Below, piece after piece: positions 17,848-23,614 of a stretch of DNA of 32,000 nucleotides. Each line of letters opens with the position of its first letter. Position 1 is the first letter of the stretch. This stretch comes from an uncultured Chloroflexia bacterium. GTDB taxonomy: Bacteria > Chloroflexota > Ktedonobacteria > Ktedonobacterales > JADMIN01. Location of the stretch: positions 540,001 through 572,000 of the forward strand of contig CAVRAI010000004.1 of the NCBI GenBank assembly GCA_963718915.1. The letters run 5' to 3'. The position numbers were made by a program, and so were the translations under genes. The notes below the pieces were generated by a model that was not told the origin of the DNA, did no database searches, and saw only the letters and a list, made by a program, of their open reading frames with translations.

Positions 17848-18837
17848 TCACGGATGGGCATCACCCTGATGCACGGGCCGGAGTCGGAGGGAACCCGCGC
17901 TACTCTCCGACGCCTGATGAACACTCCCAAGACGCAGGCGCGCCTGCGCAACGTCCTCCGTCATCTGGCGAATCAGCGCTTCGACGGTGTCGAAGCGCTC
18001 TTCTGAACGCAGCCATTCGACAAAGGTCGTCTCAATGCGTACTCCATAGAGATCCATACTCAGATCCAGCAGATGTACCTCAACCAGCCGCGTATTGTGA
18101 TCGCCGAATGTCGGGCGCACGCCAACGCTTGCCACCGCTGGGCGCGATGCGCATGAGTCGCCAGGCAGCCCCACGCGAACGGCGTAGATGCCATTGGCGG
18201 GCAGGAGCTTGTTGGCGTCGACACGCAGATTTGCCGTCGGGAAACCAAGTAGACGCCCACGCCGATCCCCGCCGACAACTTCCGCCGAAAGCGCGTACTC
18301 ATACGTCAGGTGCTGGGTTGCCTCCGCGAGACGGCCTTCGGACAAGGCGGCGCGAATCTGCCCCCCCAATGGTACGGCTGATTCTTCATCCGGGAGTACA
18401 GTAACAGTCACCCCGCGTTGGTGGGCTATATCGGCAAGCTGCGTGCCACAAAGCGCTTCGTCTGCCGATGGGTCTATCACCAGGCCTCGCACATCCCAGC
18501 CGTTCGTAATACGTTCGGCCAGTAGCGCGGGTGACCACGGGTGCGCCGCGTCTGCCGCAAGTACCACTGGCTGCGCGGCGGGAGCGATTCGCGCCAGCAG
18601 GGCAAGCCGCTCAGCAAGCGTCGTCAGCAGGCCATCGCGTGCCAGGTCGTTCGTCTCACCTTGCTCACCCATCATTGGCGGCCAGGGGAGCAGGGCGACC
18701 GGGGCCACATCGAGCTGCCTGGCGACGGTGATCGTCTCGTCCAGCAAACGCTGGTGTCGAGCGTGTACGCCGTCAAATGCGCTGACGGCCAGGACCGCCG
18801 ACTGCCACTGTTCTGGCAGAGTGAAAACATACTGCAC
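17848..18837 (-). CDS. ribF: Bifunctional riboflavin kinase / FMN adenylyltransferase homologue (RibF), with an atypical N-terminal domain
   Basis: C-terminal riboflavin-kinase motifs are intact (GRLLGFPTANL, NGIYAV, RPTFG, VEVHLLD, DLYG, LRSEERFDTVEAL). The N-terminal domain aligns to FMNAT (FDGVHARH). GTG start at 18837. Confidence 0.88.
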   Translation of the reverse strand: MQYVFTLPEQWQSAVLAVSAFDGVHARHQRLLDETITVARQLDVAPVALLPWPPMMGEQGETNDLARDGLLTTLAERLALLARIAPAAQPVVLAADAAHPWSPALLAERITNGWDVRGLVIDPSADEALCGTQLADIAHQRGVTVTVLPDEESAVPLGGQIRAALSEGRLAEATQHLTYEYALSAEVVGGDRRGRLLGFPTANLRVDANKLLPANGIYAVRVGLPGDSCASRPAVASVGVRPTFGDHNTRLVEVHLLDLSMDLYGVRIETTFVEWLRSEERFDTVEALIRQMTEDVAQARLRLGSVHQASESSAGSLRLRPVHQGDAHP

Positions 18838-18875
18838 GCCGAATGACCTCTACTTCCTCCCAGGATTCCGACCAT

Positions 18876-18884
18876 ATACTACCA
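18876..18884 (-). promoter_or_regulatory. Extended -10 candidate TGgTAGTAT upstream of ribF
   Basis: Read on the minus strand about 40 nt upstream of GTG 18837. No convincing -35. Confidence 0.25.
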
Positions 18885-19158
18885 CAGCGGCTCCGTAGCA
18901 TTAGCCACTGGCTGACGTTTCTGCCAGAGACGCTATGCTGGAAGAAGCTGGCGACAAGATAACTCATCACCTCTTACCTGTAACTACGCATAGAGTGCGG
19001 CGAAATGTTCCTCGCGGCCTATGAGATAGCTCACAAAAAAGGCCCTGGAAGCTCCGCGTCTTCAGGACAGGGGAATCCACCGCCGTTAGCGGCATGTCCA
19101 CACTTTCATTAGCGCTATCCCAATGATGAGCTGATAGTGAATGTGATACACTGCTTGC

Positions 19159-20490
19159 ATGATAACTACCTTGACTGCCAAGCTCAAACTCCACACGACT
19201 CCTGAGCAGTTCCGCGCTTTGCGCCAGACCCAACTGGCGTACCGCGACGCGCTGAACTATGTGAGTCGCTACGCCTTCGCGCATGGTAAACTGAGCAACA
19301 AGGTGAGCTTGCAGGACGGGACGTACCAGGACATCCGATCTCGTTTTGGACTGCCCGCGCAGATGGCCTGCTCGATAGCCAGACAGGTAGGCGTCTCCTA
19401 TAAGGCACTCTGGACGAGGGCCAAGGCCAACACGGCGGCGCGTATGGCTGGGCGCACGAAGAAACGCTATAAGGGCCTGGACCAGCCACCCAGGTACGTC
19501 TCACCCACCCTGACTTACCAATTCGGTCACGACTATAGCGTCAAGACTGAGCAACGGGTGAGTATCCTGTCCCTGGAAGGGCGGGTGATTATACCGTACA
19601 CTGGCTACGCTCGGCATGTGGCCTTCATCCAGCAGGGTTTGCAGCACAGCCATGGCACGCGAATTGGCGCGGCCAAGCTCTGGTACGACAAGCCGCATAA
19701 GCAGTTCTACCTGCTGGTCAGCCTGGATGTGGTGGTCGCTAACCTCACGCCGGAAACCCATCAACGCATCGTCGGGGTGGATGTAGGACAACGCTACCTA
19801 GCCGTTGCAACTGACTTGCAAGATTCAGTACGGTTCTTTCCTGGCACGGAGGCCCGTACGCAGGCTGACCACTACGCGCGGTTACGGAAGCGCTTGCAGC
19901 ACAAAGGCACTCGTTCGGCCACCCGACGCCTCGTCGTGGTGAGCGGGCGAGAGAGACGGTTAAAGCAGCAGCGTAACCACCTCATCAGTCGGCAGATCGT
20001 GGACTCCTACCCGCACACCCTCATTGGTCTGGAAGACCTGACCCATATCCGCGAACGCACTCGTATCAAGCGGACGCACGGCAAACTGGCGAGCCCAAAG
20101 CAACGCCGAGCCAATCGGCACGCATCGGCATGGGCATTCGCGGAGTTGCACGGCTACATCGCCTACAAAGCCCTGCTCACAGGAAGCATGGCAGTGAAGG
20201 TGGATGCCTACAAGACCAGCCAGTCCTGTCCCCGTTGCGGGTTCGCGTCAGGAGATAACCGCCCGGGGCAGGGTCTCCTCTTTGTCTGTCAAGCATGCCA
20301 TCTCACGCTGCATGCGGATCTCGTGGGAGCACGGAACGTCGCGCTACGAACGCTGCTTGCCCGGCAGGACTGGGTGAGCACGGGCGTCTTGTCAGAACGC
20401 CCTGATGTGTCGAGTGATGAAGCCAAAGCGGCCCAGCGGCAACGCTATGCCGAACTGCGGTGGAGCTTAGACACAAGCTTCCGGCATTAG
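19159..20490 (+). CDS. tnpB: TnpB (IS605 OrfB-type) RNA-guided DNA endonuclease
   Basis: 443 aa with the typical N-terminus MITTLTAKLKLHTTPEQ...L...Y..ALN. RuvC-like motifs GVDVGQRYLAV (D), LIGLEDLTHI (E) and HADLVGARNVA (D). Zinc finger CPRCG...CQACH. Confidence 0.92.
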   Translation: MITTLTAKLKLHTTPEQFRALRQTQLAYRDALNYVSRYAFAHGKLSNKVSLQDGTYQDIRSRFGLPAQMACSIARQVGVSYKALWTRAKANTAARMAGRTKKRYKGLDQPPRYVSPTLTYQFGHDYSVKTEQRVSILSLEGRVIIPYTGYARHVAFIQQGLQHSHGTRIGAAKLWYDKPHKQFYLLVSLDVVVANLTPETHQRIVGVDVGQRYLAVATDLQDSVRFFPGTEARTQADHYARLRKRLQHKGTRSATRRLVVVSGRERRLKQQRNHLISRQIVDSYPHTLIGLEDLTHIRERTRIKRTHGKLASPKQRRANRHASAWAFAELHGYIAYKALLTGSMAVKVDAYKTSQSCPRCGFASGDNRPGQGLLFVCQACHLTLHADLVGARNVALRTLLARQDWVSTGVLSERPDVSSDEAKAAQRQRYAELRWSLDTSFRH

Positions 20491-20507
20491 CTGGAGGGTC
20501 TGACATC
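20390..20507 (+). ncRNA. Candidate omega-RNA (reRNA) scaffold at the tnpB 3' end / right end
   Basis: By analogy with characterised TnpB systems, the guide RNA scaffold overlaps the tnpB 3' end. An 8-bp hairpin CUUCCGGC-AUUA-GCUGGAGG (20478-20497, two G-U pairs) straddles the stop codon and is followed by GTCTGAC. Extent is unknown and could reach about 20640. Confidence 0.3.
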
Positions 20508-20685
20508 TACGCACTATGGCTGAGTCGCACGCCGCATGTCTGGCGCGGGCAGGTCGCTTGCGCATGAGGGAAGTTCGGCTCATACTGAGGGTTAATACCC
20601 ATGTGCGAGGACATTCGGGTACACTGGTATTCATGTATAGTAGAGATGCATTGCGCTTCTTTTTTATGGAACAGGATGTAATGTC

Positions 20686-21150
20686 ATGGACGCCAGGCAG
20701 CCGGGTGCGAAGTCCGAGCCATCCTATGTGGAGCGCCTGCGCCATCAAGGCTTGCGGGTGACGCCGCAACGACTGATCGTGCTCGATGCTTTGGCAGCCC
20801 ACAGTGGGCATATCACCGCTGACGAAATTTTACAATGGGCGGCGGCGCGCTATCCGGCGATCAACCTCGCGACGGTCTATCGTACCCTTGATCGGCTCAT
20901 CTCGATTAGAGTGGTGGCACAGACGGACTTTGGCAGTGGTGTAAGCTTCTTCGAACTCGTGGGTGATGCTCCCCATCATCATCTTGTCTGCGAGCATTGT
21001 CATGCTGTGCTGGAGGTCGAGGACGTTGCGCTCCAGCCTGTACATGAGAGTATTTTGCGCGACTACGGCTTCCTCACCAATGCGCGCCACCTCGCGCTCT
21101 TCGGAACCTGCCGTGAATGCCAGGCCACGCTGGCAAATAAAGGTTGTTGA
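20686..21150 (+). CDS. Fur-family metal-responsive transcriptional repressor (metal specificity unresolved)
   Basis: 154 aa. Winged-helix region GLRVTPQRLIVLDAL...HITADEI...INLATVYRTLD, metal sites HHHLVCEHC and GTCRECQ. AGGA lies 9 nt upstream of ATG 20686. Confidence 0.88.
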   Translation: MDARQPGAKSEPSYVERLRHQGLRVTPQRLIVLDALAAHSGHITADEILQWAAARYPAINLATVYRTLDRLISIRVVAQTDFGSGVSFFELVGDAPHHHLVCEHCHAVLEVEDVALQPVHESILRDYGFLTNARHLALFGTCRECQATLANKGC

Positions 21151-21242
21151 GCGCCGCTGCATCCGATTTTCCTATGTCAATGAGAAGGTATAGCTGACTC
21201 ACTCTATCCACAAAACCTGCGAATGTATGCAGATGCGAAGAC

Positions 21243-21272
21243 TTGCAACAAGCCGTGACGTACTGCTATCCT
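21243..21272 (+). promoter_or_regulatory. Promoter candidate TTGCAA-N18-TATCCT upstream of the NiCoT gene
   Basis: -35 at 21243-21248 and -10 at 21267-21272. The -10 overlaps the second copy of the CTCTATCCA direct repeat. Confidence 0.25.
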
Positions 21273-21331
21273 CTATCCAGACAATCGGCATGCGTTCTGT
21301 GGGCCGCGAGAGGCGTATCAAGGAGGCAACG

Positions 21332-22399
21332 ATGTTCTCGGGGCTTTGGCGCGTGCTTCGTACGGGTGATTCGGGCTTGCGGACACGCATCTTCGCCATC
21401 TACGCGGTGCTGATCGCGGCGAACATCGTCGCCTGGGTGCTGGCGGTGCTGGCGTCGGTGAGACTCAATGACCCCAGGTTCATTACGCTTGGGTTTGTGG
21501 CCTATGGTCTGGGGCTGCGTCACGCCGTAGATGCGGACCATATCTCGGCGATTGACAACGTCACCCGCAAACTGATGCAGGATGGCAAGCGCCCCGTCGC
21601 GGTCGGAACCTTCTTCTCGCTTGGCCATTCGACCATCGTGATTCTGCTGAGCGCGCTGCTGGCCGCCGCCTCGCTCTTCGTGCAAAAGGAATTGCCTACC
21701 TTCCAGGCTGTTGGCGGACTGATCGGTACGAGCGTCTCGGCCGTCTTCCTCTTCCTGATTGCCGCGCTCAATATCGTCATCTTGATCGACATTTTCAAGA
21801 CGTTTCGCAGCGTCACCCGGGGTGGTGAGTATAACGAGCAGAAGATCGAGGATTTCCTGGCGCAGCGCGGCCTGCTGGGGCGATTCTTCCGTCCGCTTTT
21901 TCGCTTCGTGCATGATAGCTGGCTGATGTATCCGGTCGGTTTCCTGTTTGGGCTGGGCTTCGATACCGCCAGCGAGGTGGGGTTGCTGGCGCTCTCGGCC
22001 GTCTCGGCGCAGCAGGGCGTCCCGTTCCTCTTCATCATGGTCTTCCCGTTGCTCTTCACCGCGGGCATGACGCTGGCCGATACGACTGACGGCGTGCTGA
22101 TGCTCGGCGCGTACGGCTGGGCGTTCGTGAAGCCCGTACGCAAGCTGTACTATAACCTGAATATTACGCTGATTTCGGTGCTGGTGGCGGTCGTCGTTGG
22201 GGCCATCGAAGTATTGCAGGTGGTCTCAGGCGAATTGAACCTCGGCGGCCCATTCTGGAACTTCGTCAACAATACCCTTGCTCTGGGCAATGTCGGCTTT
22301 TTCATCGTTGCGATACTGCTGGTGAGCTGGCTCATCTCCACCCTCATTTACCGGGTGAAGAAGTTCGAGGAGATCGAGTTAACGCCAGCTAAAATGTGA
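21332..22399 (+). CDS. NiCoT-family (HoxN/HupN/NixA) nickel/cobalt permease
   Basis: NiCoT signature HAVDADHISAIDN, plus FFSLGHSTIV and LGFDTASEV. I use ATG 21332 (AGGAGG at 21321-21326) rather than the track start at 21227. Confidence 0.9.
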   Translation: MFSGLWRVLRTGDSGLRTRIFAIYAVLIAANIVAWVLAVLASVRLNDPRFITLGFVAYGLGLRHAVDADHISAIDNVTRKLMQDGKRPVAVGTFFSLGHSTIVILLSALLAAASLFVQKELPTFQAVGGLIGTSVSAVFLFLIAALNIVILIDIFKTFRSVTRGGEYNEQKIEDFLAQRGLLGRFFRPLFRFVHDSWLMYPVGFLFGLGFDTASEVGLLALSAVSAQQGVPFLFIMVFPLLFTAGMTLADTTDGVLMLGAYGWAFVKPVRKLYYNLNITLISVLVAVVVGAIEVLQVVSGELNLGGPFWNFVNNTLALGNVGFFIVAILLVSWLISTLIYRVKKFEEIELTPAKM

Positions 22400-23384
22400 G
22401 GACATCCTTGCGACGTCGCAGCAGCAGCAGCGCGAACTGATACAGCACGAATAGCTCGACGCCGAACGGCAGATAACCGGAGTAGCCGATCAGCGGCATC
22501 TCAAAGAGATGAGGGATGTGCCAGCTCTCGATTAGTGGAATCGTGTAGATCCACTTTGGTAGCGCCAGGGAGTTCCACATTTCCCAGAAGAAGCCACAGC
22601 AGAGCGCGGCGAGCGGCATCAGCACGAAGAAGCGCCAGTCGCCAGCGAGTAGGTGGCCCAGCGCTGACTTGGTCCGCATCAGGTTATTGATTGGGTCGAG
22701 CACAAATGCCACGCCCAGCCAGATCAACCCGAAGGCATAGTAGGGGAAAAGGACTGGCAGAGTGAAGCAGACAACTCCAACCAGCATCAACCAAATCGCC
22801 GTCGATAACCTGACTTTCGGCCCGGGATCGTTCGACGCGAGGCGCGGGCGCAGCGCGTTGAAACTGGCCAGTATCCCCGCGATTTCGATCACAGCGGGCA
22901 GCACCGTGCTGAAGCATATCGACGAGTAGATGTGATATTCCAACCAGCCGTTGAGCGCGTTCGTGTCAATCGGATGGTCGAAGAGATAGACCCAATTCTG
23001 TACCGGCAGATTGAGGATCTCAAACAACCACCAGAATGGAATCGAGAGCAGAAACAGCAGGACGAAGCCACGCCAGTCGCGGGTCAGTGGCGAGGAGCCG
23101 GTGCGTGCGACATTGACTCCATCCAGCACGAGAATGAATCCCAACCAGAGGGGAAAGAAGGTATATCCCCACAAATGGATGTGCGCATCGAGGTAGGTGT
23201 GGCCGTTGATTGTTAGCCCGTTCCACTCGCCAATACGCGCCCATGACATCACCCACGCGGTCACGTTGAGCGCGAGGCCAACCCAGGCATACCATGGTAT
23301 GCGCGCGAGGAATGTCCGCGTCGGGCGTGAGACCATTTCGGGGCTGATGTCCTCCACCGGAGCCAGAGGCTGTGTCATCGTCAT
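22389..23384 (-). CDS. Polytopic integral membrane protein (about 8-9 TM helices), function unknown
   Basis: Trp/Phe-rich hydrophobic ORF. I use ATG 23384 (GGAGGAG 8 nt upstream), giving 331 aa. The 3' end overlaps the convergent NiCoT gene by 11 nt. Confidence 0.7.
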   Translation of the reverse strand: MTMTQPLAPVEDISPEMVSRPTRTFLARIPWYAWVGLALNVTAWVMSWARIGEWNGLTINGHTYLDAHIHLWGYTFFPLWLGFILVLDGVNVARTGSSPLTRDWRGFVLLFLLSIPFWWLFEILNLPVQNWVYLFDHPIDTNALNGWLEYHIYSSICFSTVLPAVIEIAGILASFNALRPRLASNDPGPKVRLSTAIWLMLVGVVCFTLPVLFPYYAFGLIWLGVAFVLDPINNLMRTKSALGHLLAGDWRFFVLMPLAALCCGFFWEMWNSLALPKWIYTIPLIESWHIPHLFEMPLIGYSGYLPFGVELFVLYQFALLLLRRRKDVLTF

Positions 23385-23614
23385 GCTTGAAGTCTCCTCC
23401 ACACCATCTGCGCATGAACCTCTTGGGGCTTCGTCCATCTCTTCCGCTGGAAAGAATAGCACAGCAGGCGAGATGAAGGCAGGCTCCGGCCGCTGATTCG
23501 AGCCATTTGACGGTAGAGTAAGCAAAATTGCTGGTTGGCACAGCGGGGTGTCGCTGGAGGTCAGCTACAGGGAAGCGCCTGACGTGTGGCACGAGATGAC
23601 GAGCGACTATCCCA

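Larger units (their letters stand above)
19030..20510 (+). mobile_element. IS200/IS605-family non-autonomous element carrying only tnpB (ends approximate)
   Basis: tnpB is flanked by similar subterminal imperfect hairpin motifs. Left, 19047-19080: GGAAGCTCCGCGTCTTCAGGACAGGGGAATCCAC. Right, 20474-20504: CAAGCTTCCGGCATTAGCTGGAGGGTCTGAC. No tnpA in the window. Exact ends cannot be set without other copies. Confidence 0.55.

Noticed and set aside
17742-18898. 220-aa and 236-aa plus-strand ORFs
   Set aside because: Antisense shadows of ribF with Arg/Ser/Pro-rich, non-protein-like sequence.
18967-19284. 105-aa minus-strand ORF spanning the tnpB left end, considered as a tnpA remnant or small partner gene
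   Set aside because: It has no HUH/Y1 or serine-recombinase motif, overlaps the tnpB start in antisense, and has no SD.
20644-20665. Hairpin plus T-run (AGATGC-attgc-GCTTCT then TTTTT) as a terminator for tnpB/omega-RNA
   Set aside because: The stem is only 6 positions with a T-T mismatch, and it lies 20 nt before the fur-family ATG. It is too weak to call and may simply be an AT-rich promoter or leader region.
21151-21331. Cobalamin or NiCo riboswitch upstream of the NiCoT gene
   Set aside because: No B12-box-like sequence or recognisable conserved core is present, and the region is short. Regulation by the adjacent Fur-family protein is the simpler explanation.
21266-22143. 215-aa and 207-aa minus-strand ORFs
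   Set aside because: Antisense shadows of the NiCoT permease gene.
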